Of a stretch of 64,000 bases of DNA, positions 1 to 8,870 are shown one piece after another. The stretch's first letter is position 1, and each line of letters begins with the position of its first letter. Origin of the DNA: an uncultured Gammaproteobacteria bacterium (GTDB lineage Bacteria; Patescibacteriota; Patescibacteriia; Magasanikbacterales; GWA2-37-8). The position numbers and the translations under genes were made by a program. The notes under the pieces are model-generated. The model saw only the letters and a program-made list of their open reading frames with translations. It was not told the DNA's origin and ran no database searches. Location: positions 951,723 through 1,015,722 of the forward strand of contig CAZQUL010000001.1 of the NCBI GenBank assembly GCA_964596525.1. The letters are read 5' to 3'.

Positions 1-644
1 TCTTGTCTAGCGAATATATGCCAGTTTCCCATGTCTCCATGAATAAAGACGGGTTCGAATGTTTGTCGTTCCCAGATATTTAAAAATTTCTCATATAGTT
101 CTGAAGCCCACGACCGTTGTGCAGCATTCCAAAATGAAAAACAGTGATTCCGTATAAACTCGTACTGTCTGGGCCAATAACCTGGATCAAAATCAGGAAT
201 TCCTCGATTCTTGATTTCCTGTATCTCTACTGTGTGTAACTCAGATAGATATCTACCGATAGATCTTCCTATTTTTTCTAGTTGTATTTGGTTGAATTTA
301 TTTTTTTCAAGCTCGGTCGTGAGATGGTTGCCAGCCATAATCTCGTATTCAAGAGCGAAATTTTCAATATCTCCCATGACACCCCAGGTCGAGATAATAT
401 GAGGAACTTTGAATGTACAGTGCTCTTCAAGAAAGGGAAATATACTTAACTCTTTTTTATACTGATCAAAAACATCGGTCCGTTGTGGAAATTTGAAAAG
501 CCTTTCGTGATTTATAATCAGCACAACCGAGTCGTACCCGTGTATTTTTTCGATATCTAGGATTTTAAAATCTGGAATTAGGCGCTTTAAGATTGCGATA
601 TAGTGCTCTTGAGGCAACGTCTTATGTTGATAGAATCCTGACAT
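1..644 (-). CDS. APH/choline-kinase-family phosphotransferase (3' end runs off window)
   Basis: Hand translation from ATG at 644: MSGFYQHKTLPQEH...RLFKFP...KELSIF...FIHGDMGNWHIF. Contains the HGDxxxxN/H-type catalytic loop. Absent from the ORF track because it is open at the edge. Confidence 0.8.
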   Translation of the reverse strand, partial: MSGFYQHKTLPQEHYIAILKRLIPDFKILDIEKIHGYDSVVLIINHERLFKFPQRTDVFDQYKKELSIFPFLEEHCTFKVPHIISTWGVMGDIENFALEYEIMAGNHLTTELEKNKFNQIQLEKIGRSIGRYLSELHTVEIQEIKNRGIPDFDPGYWPRQYEFIRNHCFSFWNAAQRSWASELYEKFLNIWERQTFEPVFIHGDMGNWHIFARQ

Positions 645-810
645 AAGCAATATTAAATTTTTGAATGTAGAATATCATCTAATTTAAAAACTGTCCTCCT
701 TTAGAGGAGGTGTTCGATTGAAGCAAAATCTAGAACTAAAATAATACCCTATTTATTTCCTAACTCTATGGTTGTTGCAAGCTAAACTTGGCTAAGTCTT
801 ATGTTGCTTA

Positions 811-1920
811 TCATGCGATGGTAAAAGAAGGTTTTTCTCGGACTAAATTAGCCCTATTTATACTGAAGTATTCCATAAAATTACCAAGAGATTCTATGGC
901 TTTCTGTGGGTCCTGGGTAACAATAACAATAAGCGGACCACCGGAAGAAACAAAAAAGCAATTTTCATCAATACGAAGTTCGGCGAACAGCCTTGAAAAG
1001 AGTGTGTGAATGAATTTATCAAAGAAAATATTGTGCGAAAGCCAGCGCTAACGAAAATACTGGGGTATATCACCATACCCACCAATCGTGTACATATTTA
1101 TTGCCCTGAATAATTCGGTAAAATCTCCATGATGGAGAGAAGGAATTATCCTGTTCTTTAAAATCGATTCCTTTATGTCGCCCCATTCAGTTCCCAAACG
1201 CTCAAAAAGAGAAAAACCTTTTCGGTAAAGTTCCATATCTGTAACTCCGCTAATTGACTTCATTTCTTTCGGATAAAGCAGTAAGGCTGTATAAATATCC
1301 GGCAATTGCCCTGCGTACCAAATTTCTGCCTCGCCACCAATAATAACAAGTGAATTTCCGGATAAAGCGCTGGCCGAGGCGCCGCCGATACTAGCCATGG
1401 TCGAAAGATAGCCAGGTCGATCAGTTTCCTCGCCATAATTCTGAGCAAGCAGCCTCGTCATTTCCTGGGTGGATATATGATTTCCGGTAACGAGGTTAAT
1501 AGCTTGTGCTACAGCGGTTATTAAAGCGGCTGACGAGCCTAACCCGCCGTGCAAGATAGTGTGGTTATTTTGAGCCTTAATGTTAAAACCATAATTTTTT
1601 CCGATTGTTTTCTGTAGTATTTTTGCAACATGTTCAAGAAGCGTTGGGCGACTGCTTATTGGTTCGATAATTATTCTATCATCGTCTCGCAAGGAAACTT
1701 CTGCCTCAGTATATTGTTTGATAGTAAAATTAACTGAGTTTACCGGGTAAACCTGAGGTCGCGGCGGACGAACAAAGTAATGATGGTGGCAGAGAAATGT
1801 ATCAACACGTGCAGGTACCGATATTTTACATGTTTTAAATGGCGGTTTTTCAACAAAGAAAGAGCGTGGTAGTGGATTAAGAAGTTCTCCTATAGGGTAA
1901 TATTCAAGTTCCTCCTTCAT
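811..1920 (-). pseudogene. GHMP-kinase-fold protein (beta-RFA-P synthase / C-glycoside synthase-like) with one in-frame TAG at 1048-1050
   Basis: N-terminal VPAR and HGGLGSSAA glycine loop. The frame stays open past the TAG for 78 more codons, including the GHMP C-terminal VSSGGP motif, to TGA at 811-813. Confidence 0.75.
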
Positions 1921-3169
1921 AAAAAACAGTGAGTGTTTTGATAAGTCGATTGATAGCGCGCAGACTGTGATCTTTGCGAATGATAATCTTAAAAAGATCT
2001 ACTTCATTTCCGTTCAGAATAACTTTAGATGAAGTGATAGAAAAATTTTTTAAGAGTTTACCAAGCAAATCTTTCTTCTCTCTTTCGATCGTAAAGACAA
2101 TATAGTTAAATTTAGGCGGATACAGGAGTTTTATGAATGGAAAGACCGATAATTTTTCAGCGAGGTACTTAGTCTTTTTAAAAGTCTTAGCATAGGTTTT
2201 TTTTCTATTCTCGTATGTGTTCGTGGCTAAAATAGCCCAAGTGGCGAGCACGTCAGCTCCTTTGCGACTTCCTGTCAGGGTGTAATCAGCCCCATCGGAA
2301 AGATACCTTGCTTCAACCTTCGCATATCGCTCTAAGCCTCCGCGGACAATGACGGCTCCTGAACCAACAGGACCTCCTAAATTTTTATGAAAATCAAGGG
2401 CGATCGAACTAAGTGAGGGTAGGTTAAAGAAATGCTTGTACTCTTCTACGTACGGAAGAAGAAAGCCCGAGAAAGCGGCGTCGACATGGAAGAATATGTT
2501 TTTAAAGCCAGAATTTCTTATAAAAGTATCAATTTCGGTAATAGGATCGATTAAACCATACTCCGTAGTCATGGCCGTAAGGACGAGGATTATTGGAGTA
2601 GACTGCGCTGCAGATATCTTCTGTTCCAACTGTTGAAGATCAGTGCGCCCCAAAGCATCAAGTTCAACATATTCGATTGTATGTGCATCGGATTGTGCTA
2701 TGCCTAAAATAGTTAATGCTTTGAGGGCTGAATAGTGAACATTTTTAGGAATGAGCCAAGTAATCCTCTCAGATTTATCTACTAAAGCTTTCAGAGCCCA
2801 TTCTCGCGCCAGCCATAAAGCGTAGATAGTTGCCTCAGTGGCGCCCGTGGTCACATATCCTGAAAATGAAGAAAATGGGAGATTGAGTAGATTAACGACT
2901 TTTTGTAGAAGAATTTTTTCAAGATATCTGCTGAAATTGAATGTCCCTTCTGTCGGTAGAGAAATGTGTTCGTCAGCGGTCATGCTCCGAACATGGAGCA
3001 TGATATTATTATAGTTAAATTCGCTAAATAAAAAGACTACCAGTCGGATGTTTAGTGCTAAAGGAGACCAGGAGCGTCCAAACACCACGCCTTCCCTTAG
3101 GCGGGTATCAGTACTGGACCATTTGAGCAACTGGAGATAGGTTTTCCAGAATAAAACAAACTCCTTCAC
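1904..3169 (-). CDS. Group II PLP-dependent amino-acid decarboxylase (Glu/Tyr/His decarboxylase family)
   Basis: GATEA, HYS, HVDAA and DFHK (PLP lysine) motifs, plus GSR near the C-terminus. Confidence 0.85.
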   Translation of the reverse strand: MKEFVLFWKTYLQLLKWSSTDTRLREGVVFGRSWSPLALNIRLVVFLFSEFNYNNIMLHVRSMTADEHISLPTEGTFNFSRYLEKILLQKVVNLLNLPFSSFSGYVTTGATEATIYALWLAREWALKALVDKSERITWLIPKNVHYSALKALTILGIAQSDAHTIEYVELDALGRTDLQQLEQKISAAQSTPIILVLTAMTTEYGLIDPITEIDTFIRNSGFKNIFFHVDAAFSGFLLPYVEEYKHFFNLPSLSSIALDFHKNLGGPVGSGAVIVRGGLERYAKVEARYLSDGADYTLTGSRKGADVLATWAILATNTYENRKKTYAKTFKKTKYLAEKLSVFPFIKLLYPPKFNYIVFTIEREKKDLLGKLLKNFSITSSKVILNGNEVDLFKIIIRKDHSLRAINRLIKTLTVFYEGGT

Positions 3170-3828
3170 AGAAGAATGCTGTTTTTGCAGGCTTCAATTA
3201 TCTCCTTGTGTTGTGAAAAACCGTGTTTCTTCATTACGCGGTCGATCTGTCGAAGAGTTGGTTCTGGATCGCCTTCGGTCGGGAGTATAATGGTAATATC
3301 CATAAGAGCACAGCAGGAGGCGATGTGTTCTTTTTCAATTTCACAGTTCAATAAACGTAAACGCTGATCCGGGACTTTATTGAGGCCTCGATGAAAGAGT
3401 TGGTTTGCGACCGCTTCAGTGGATAGAGGGATGATGCCTATTAAAATTGCCTGAGGTAGAAAGTAGGCGACATCGGTTGCAAGATAGGAGGATGGGGCTT
3501 CTAAAACGATTCGTTTTCCTTCTATGGCGCTACGGTATACAACGTCCAGGTCATAGCCATAGGCGTTTCCATAGCTTCGCACACCGAGAAAGATTGTTCC
3601 CTCAAGGCTGCGTTCAACAAATGAATGTCGCGTAAGATGGTGCGAACCGGCGTGTGCTTCTCCTGGCCTGAGCTCGCGTGTTGTTAAAAAAGGAAGTTCT
3701 ACAAAGCCGTACGTGTCGAGTAGGTAGGAGGCAGTCATGCTTTTACCGCTTCCGCTTGGGCCACAGATTACGATGAACTGATTGCTTAGGTCCATTATTG
3801 CCTTGATCTTTTCCTCCTTTGATTTCAT
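3166..3828 (-). CDS. Guanylate-kinase-like nucleoside monophosphate kinase
   Basis: P-loop GPSGSGKS followed by TTRxxRPGE and YGNAYG, which is the guanylate kinase signature. Confidence 0.8.
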   Translation of the reverse strand: MKSKEEKIKAIMDLSNQFIVICGPSGSGKSMTASYLLDTYGFVELPFLTTRELRPGEAHAGSHHLTRHSFVERSLEGTIFLGVRSYGNAYGYDLDVVYRSAIEGKRIVLEAPSSYLATDVAYFLPQAILIGIIPLSTEAVANQLFHRGLNKVPDQRLRLLNCEIEKEHIASCCALMDITIILPTEGDPEPTLRQIDRVMKKHGFSQHKEIIEACKNSILL

Positions 3829-3834
3829 AGGTAG

Positions 3835-4419
3835 CTAGACAATTAAAGCGTCAATTCCAAAATGTTCTTTTAACGAATTGGCAATCACAAATAGTGGCAG
3901 TCCGATTGACCCATAAAATTCGCCATTAAGATTCTCAACAAAAATTCCTCCCAGATGCTCGTGGTCATATGCTCCAGCTACTCCTAGAACATCTTCTCGT
4001 TCGACATAGTGGGTAGCTTCTTCTTTGCTAATTTTTCTAAAAGTTACCTCGGTGGTCCGGACACCAGAATCAATTTTAGATGATTGAGTATCGATCAAGC
4101 TATACCCGGTATGTATAGCATGTGTTGAGCCTGATAGAGAAAGTAACATTGCGACGGCTTCTTCCTTACTTTTGGGCTTAGGAAGTATTTTTCCGTCGTG
4201 CTCTACCAGAGTGTCTGAGCCAATAATAATGCAATCCGGATAGGATTCTACAAGAGAATCCGCTTTTTTAAAGGCTAGCTTCTTCACTAGTTCAGAAGGG
4301 CTGAGGGGAAGCGTATTATCTTCTTCGTAACGGTGCGCGACGCTTTCAAATGGGATATGGAGTAGTGAGAGAATTTCTTTGCGGCGTTTTGAGGTTGATG
4401 CTAGAACGATGCGACGCAT
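3835..4419 (-). CDS. maf: Maf-family nucleoside triphosphate pyrophosphatase
   Basis: IVLASTSKRR, KA, IIGSDT, KP, LSG, AGAY and GLP motifs. Start placed at ATG 4419. Confidence 0.9.
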   Translation of the reverse strand: MRRIVLASTSKRRKEILSLLHIPFESVAHRYEEDNTLPLSPSELVKKLAFKKADSLVESYPDCIIIGSDTLVEHDGKILPKPKSKEEAVAMLLSLSGSTHAIHTGYSLIDTQSSKIDSGVRTTEVTFRKISKEEATHYVEREDVLGVAGAYDHEHLGGIFVENLNGEFYGSIGLPLFVIANSLKEHFGIDALIV

Positions 4420-4500
4420 ATCCTGTTTTTTAGATAAAAAAATTACCTTGAAAGGCAAATGAAATCCCTCCTGGAGACTACATATCTTAATTTTTTTTGA

Positions 4501-4592
4501 CTGTCAAATTTTGACAGCAAGAATTTTTTAAAGACTAGTCAAAACATATATTGTTTTGTTACTCTTTACAATAGTTTACTTTTGTAAAGAGT
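4501..4592. promoter_or_regulatory. Inverted repeats in the divergent intergenic region (putative operators)
   Basis: CTGTCAAAtTTTGACAG at 4501-4517, and ACTCTTTACAA-N10-TTGTAAAGAGT at 4561-4592. Confidence 0.4.
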
Positions 4593-4595
4593 TTT

Positions 4596-5402
4596 GTGTC
4601 TTCGGAAGGGGTTATAATTCAAAATTTAAAAGAACACTTCAAAGCTCTAGAAGACGCCGTTGCTTTAAAAGAAGAGCACTTCGTATGCTCAGCAGTTTTT
4701 GATTATTGCTGTTTAATTTCCTACACACAAGAAACTGCTGAAATTATTAAGGAAATGGTCAAGATGAACGAAATTGGAATTGAATTGCTTGATCGAATCT
4801 TTTTATTTTCTTTCTCAAATATTAGCCTTTATCCCTCAGTCTACGGAGAGCACGCTAAAAAATTTCCTTTATTTTGGGACCGAGAAGTTGAAGAAAGTCG
4901 TAGTCTAGTAGAAAAAACGCGTGCTTTATTCCTGCTTGAGAAGAAAAGGATTGAAGAAGCTAAGGAAAGAAAAGTTTCAGTTTTTGATCTTGAATTGCCT
5001 GAAGATGTTTTGTATTCGGGCATGACAGATAATGAAGAATACTTGAGTCTTAGATCTCTTCATAACAAACTTCTCTTAAAACTTTCCCAGAAAAAAGAAC
5101 AAAAAATTTATTTTGATAAAGATAAATCCTTATTGGTAGTAGGCATTCAGAATATAAAAATTAGAAAATATAGCGATGCTCACTTTGTACTATCTGAAAT
5201 TTTTTCAGAAGGGAATTTAAGTAAAGAATGGTTCTTCTCTGAGCTTTCAGAAAAATACGACTCAGAAGCCTTGTTCCCTGATAAAAAATTTTACAACTCC
5301 ATCTATCAGATAAATCTTAAATTACGTGAAAAAGGCATTACTGATTTATTTGTAACAACTAGACAATCCATAACAATCAATAAGAGCTACTTTTCGTCTT
5401 AA
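4596..5402 (+). CDS. Hypothetical protein, possible C-terminal winged-helix DNA-binding domain
   Basis: 268-aa ORF. The C-terminal FYNSIYQINLKL...ITINK pattern resembles OmpR-type wHTH (inference). Confidence 0.5.
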   Translation: MSSEGVIIQNLKEHFKALEDAVALKEEHFVCSAVFDYCCLISYTQETAEIIKEMVKMNEIGIELLDRIFLFSFSNISLYPSVYGEHAKKFPLFWDREVEESRSLVEKTRALFLLEKKRIEEAKERKVSVFDLELPEDVLYSGMTDNEEYLSLRSLHNKLLLKLSQKKEQKIYFDKDKSLLVVGIQNIKIRKYSDAHFVLSEIFSEGNLSKEWFFSELSEKYDSEALFPDKKFYNSIYQINLKLREKGITDLFVTTRQSITINKSYFSS

Positions 5403-5575
5403 GTCGTCTTAAATTGCCTGTTTGATAGCCTGAGGATAAACATCCTCAGGTTTTATGTTTTTAGAAGCTAAAGACAACCGAGACGCCGTATTTGACGATG
5501 CAGAATCCCAAGATAATTTGGTTGGTTTTTATAATTTGCTTTTAACCATTGATAAACGTGTTAACCCTCAACTCT

Positions 5576-6691
5576 ATGATCGACACCGTGATTCTAACTA
5601 TCCCAGCTAAAGACGTTCAGATGCTTGATGATGAAATTTATGACGTACAACCTTGGAATTTGCAGGCCAAGACCGAATCGTACCAAAAGTATGTCAAAAA
5701 TCCGACTGTTAAAGCTCTAAAAAGCGGCCTCTATTTCCCTAGACTGACAGGCTACAACCGAAATGACGTATTAACAGAGGTTGTAAAAATAGAATTCTCA
5801 GTACCTAAATTGCTTTACTTAAATAATTTAGACGAGCTTGAAGAAAAGCAGTTCCCAGAAGTCGTTACCATATTGCAGGACAGATTAAAAAAGATGGGGG
5901 TTGTCGCGACTTACGATACGTTGGCTAATGCCCCGATAACTACTGTTCATTACTCCAAAAATATCGAATTGTTAGATGGTTTTACTTCGCAGTATGTCAT
6001 AGCAGAACTAGGTAAAATTAACCTCAACAAACGCTTTGATCTAACCAAAGCTCGATACATGAACGATGGTCAAAGCCTAACCGCTTTTAGTGTTACCAAC
6101 TCCTTCGTCATCTACGATAAAATCGCTGATTTAAACAAGGATAAGAAGCGGGCTATTGATAAAAACCAAGGCGCTTATCAACTAAGCTTATTTGGGCAAT
6201 TAAGCCCTACAGAAGAAATCATTCGCTTTGAAGCCCGCTTATGCAAGAAGCAAAAAATAGTCGCCCTGTTTAAACAGCTTGGTTTTACCGACGACTTAAC
6301 TTTCAAGAATGTCTTTTCAGTAGTTAAAAGTACGGCTGTTTTGAACCATTATTGGACAAGAATGGTTGAAGGTAACAGCCTTTTACTTTTTGCCCGCTCT
6401 AGCAGTGCTAAGGACTTACTTAAACAGATTCATTTGACCCGCCCCACAGCCAGGTCTAAAACAGCTATTTATCTTGTTGGACTACTATGTCTTGCCCGGG
6501 AAGGCGATGGTTTGCGCGAGCTTAGGACGGTGCTCGAAAAACGAAATAATCCACGGAGCTGGTACAGAACTATAAGCGATCTAAAAACCCTCTCTAATGA
6601 GCTGGAAAATCTTAAATTGCGCGAGTGGTTTAACCAGATTAAGGGTCAGTTTGAAAGGTATGTTCCTGTGCGAATCTCTCCTAAAATATAA
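5576..6691 (+). CDS. Phage/plasmid replication-initiator-like protein (gene II/X or Rep_trans-like)
   Basis: MIDT start, EFSVPK, YDK and IRFE motifs typical of rolling-circle-type initiators. Located upstream of the Xis-like gene and LSR. Confidence 0.55.
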   Translation: MIDTVILTIPAKDVQMLDDEIYDVQPWNLQAKTESYQKYVKNPTVKALKSGLYFPRLTGYNRNDVLTEVVKIEFSVPKLLYLNNLDELEEKQFPEVVTILQDRLKKMGVVATYDTLANAPITTVHYSKNIELLDGFTSQYVIAELGKINLNKRFDLTKARYMNDGQSLTAFSVTNSFVIYDKIADLNKDKKRAIDKNQGAYQLSLFGQLSPTEEIIRFEARLCKKQKIVALFKQLGFTDDLTFKNVFSVVKSTAVLNHYWTRMVEGNSLLLFARSSSAKDLLKQIHLTRPTARSKTAIYLVGLLCLAREGDGLRELRTVLEKRNNPRSWYRTISDLKTLSNELENLKLREWFNQIKGQFERYVPVRISPKI

Positions 6692-6719
6692 GCATTTTAT
6701 ATCTATTCTTACTTAAAAT

Positions 6720-6863
6720 ATGAACAATAAAAATTTTCAAAAGGAAGTAATGCTATTTCTAGAGCAGGCCTATAAACGGGCTATGTCCGAGGCCATAAAG
6801 CGAGGCAAAGAGGCGGCAAAGAAAAAGCGTCTACTTGTGCACTCGCCATGTAAACGAAAGTAA
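6720..6863 (+). CDS. 47-aa basic helical peptide
   Basis: Hand translation: MNNKNFQKEVMLFLEQAYKRAMSEAIKRGKEAAKKKRLLVHSPCKRK. Fills the gap between rep and xis. Confidence 0.5.
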   Translation: MNNKNFQKEVMLFLEQAYKRAMSEAIKRGKEAAKKKRLLVHSPCKRK

Positions 6864-6889
6864 AGTATAATCCTCTTAACTTAGACTAT

Positions 6890-7072
6890 ATGCAACATCA
6901 GACAAAAGAATTTTATACGCCTAAGGAGCTGGCTGAGAAACTTCAGGTCAATGTAATGACTATTTATCGTTATATTAAAAGCAAGAAATTGCCTGCCTAC
7001 AAAATAGGTAAAGAGTTCCGAATAGAGAAAACCGTTTTTGAGAATTTTTTGGAAGAAGCGAGCACAAAATAA
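6890..7072 (+). CDS. Excisionase-family helix-turn-helix DNA-binding protein
   Basis: YTPKELAEKLQVNVMTIYRYIKSKKLPAYKIGKEFRI is a classic MerR-like/Xis HTH. Confidence 0.85.
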   Translation: MQHQTKEFYTPKELAEKLQVNVMTIYRYIKSKKLPAYKIGKEFRIEKTVFENFLEEASTK

Positions 7073-7076
7073 ATCT

Positions 7077-8870
7077 ATGACTGAAAAAGAAGTCGTACAA
7101 CAGAAAGATAATCAGATACTTCGGCTTCAGAAGGAAGTTGAGAAGTTGAAGAAATCAATAAAAACCCAAAAGTATGGTCTTGTTTGGGCCGATGTACCTG
7201 AAGCATTTGAGGACGATGTTGAAAATAAGCTTCCTGTTCTTGAAGAGGTCCCTACGCTTGCTATAAGGACCAAGGATGATAAGCCGACACATATTCTGAT
7301 TGAAGGCGATAACTACCACGTACTTACTTGCTTAAACTATACCCACAAAGGAAAAGTAGATGTTATTTACATTGACCCGCCTTACAACACTGGTTCAGAC
7401 GGCTTTAGGTATAAAGACAAGCGTATTTTGGATAAGTTCCCTGATGGAACTGAAGTTCCAAAGGACCATCCGTTTAGACACAGCTACTGGCTTTCCTTTA
7501 TGGCAAAGCGACTTGAACTTGCTAAAACACTCCTTAGAGAAGATGGTCTTATTTGCATAAGTATTGATGATAATGAAAGTGCTCAGCTGAAGCTTTTATG
7601 CAACCAGATTTTTGGCGAACAAAATCTACTTGATACTTTTTATATTCAAGTTAGATATGCTGAAAAATCTCTAAATGAAAAAGACGATTTCCAGAAACTT
7701 ATTGAGCAAGTATTGATATACGCAAAAAACAAGCATAAATTCAAACCCAACAAGCCAAGTGATAGCTACTCACTTGATAAGTTCAAGTTTCGTATTCTTG
7801 AAAAGAAAAAAGGGGAAAAAGTAAAAATGGGCAACAAAGATGTTGAGATCTTCTATCAAGGTGATTATGAAATCATAGAGGAAGATAAAGGTAACATTGA
7901 TCTGCTAAAGGCAACTTGGGCAAGTGGAAGTGTGTTGAAAGGTAATACCTCAGGCAAGTTTTTTCATACATACTTAGAAAATCGTAAGGATACTGACGGT
8001 GTAGGCACTCTCTACAAAGTGTATGGCATTGGTGATGACGGTATTGGCTATAGGTATTTTACTGGTCCTAAGAAAGTTACCGCAACGAAAGGTCAGTTCT
8101 ATTCGGGTATTCCTACGGATAGAAGAAAAGACATTGAGAATGGTGGTGATAGTGTAAAAGAGCGACCTATAGTCAACTTTTATGACTATAGTGGTGATTT
8201 TGGAAACATTCGCCATGAAGGTGGGGTTGATTTTAGAAGTGGAAAAAAACCTACAAAACTTATCAAGGATTTAGTAAATCTACATAGGCGTAAGGATGTT
8301 GTGGTTTTAGATTTTTTTGCAGGCTCAGGTTCAACAGGACATGCTGTTCAGCTACTAAACGAAGATGACGGAGGAACAAGACAGTATATCCTTTCAACCA
8401 ACAACGAAGGAAGAATAATGTCTGAGGTTTGTTATCCCCGCATAAAAAATGTAATCGAAGGCTATAATAGTACTGGTCTTGGTGGTTCGGTCAAATACTA
8501 TAAGAGCTCATTTGTTGGCAAGCACAACATCCTTGATGCCGATGATAAAGACAAACTGCAGCTTGCATATCACGCTGGCGAGATGCTTTCTATTGCTGAA
8601 AACACACTTGAACTTACAGAAAAAACGGACCACTGGCAGATTTTTGAAAGCAAGGACAGCTATACGGCTGTTTACTTCAAGGAAGAGTATGACGAGCTTG
8701 ATGGCTTCATAAAGAAAGTGAAAAAGCTCGGAAAGCCCGTGTCAGTGTATATCTTTAGTTGGGAAGATGACCCTTACATTGATGATTTTGAGGACAATGG
8801 AAACATCACGGTCAAAACAATCCCTCAACCAATCCTTGAGATATACAAGCAAATCTACAACCTGCTATGA
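7077..8870 (+). CDS. mod: Type III restriction-modification DNA methyltransferase (Mod)
   Basis: KYGLVW, IEGDN, IYIDPPYNTG and LDFFAGSGSTG motifs. Overlaps res (ATGA). Confidence 0.9.
   Translation: MTEKEVVQQKDNQILRLQKEVEKLKKSIKTQKYGLVWADVPEAFEDDVENKLPVLEEVPTLAIRTKDDKPTHILIEGDNYHVLTCLNYTHKGKVDVIYIDPPYNTGSDGFRYKDKRILDKFPDGTEVPKDHPFRHSYWLSFMAKRLELAKTLLREDGLICISIDDNESAQLKLLCNQIFGEQNLLDTFYIQVRYAEKSLNEKDDFQKLIEQVLIYAKNKHKFKPNKPSDSYSLDKFKFRILEKKKGEKVKMGNKDVEIFYQGDYEIIEEDKGNIDLLKATWASGSVLKGNTSGKFFHTYLENRKDTDGVGTLYKVYGIGDDGIGYRYFTGPKKVTATKGQFYSGIPTDRRKDIENGGDSVKERPIVNFYDYSGDFGNIRHEGGVDFRSGKKPTKLIKDLVNLHRRKDVVVLDFFAGSGSTGHAVQLLNEDDGGTRQYILSTNNEGRIMSEVCYPRIKNVIEGYNSTGLGGSVKYYKSSFVGKHNILDADDKDKLQLAYHAGEMLSIAENTLELTEKTDHWQIFESKDSYTAVYFKEEYDELDGFIKKVKKLGKPVSVYIFSWEDDPYIDDFEDNGNITVKTIPQPILEIYKQIYNLL

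Noticed and set aside
1-644. Aminoglycoside resistance gene
   Set aside because: Only the broad APH/choline kinase fold is supported. The substrate cannot be inferred.
1048-1050. Genome-wide stop-codon reassignment (TAG or TGA) as the explanation for the amber codon
   Set aside because: Conserved genes end at the expected place with TAG (maf, zwf-gnd, SIMPL) and TGA (mod, res), and long ORFs are otherwise uninterrupted under code 11.
811-3169. Methanofuran/methanopterin biosynthesis (MfnA + MptG-like)
   Set aside because: No other C1-cofactor genes are visible and the partners are nucleotide enzymes. Family resemblance alone is insufficient.
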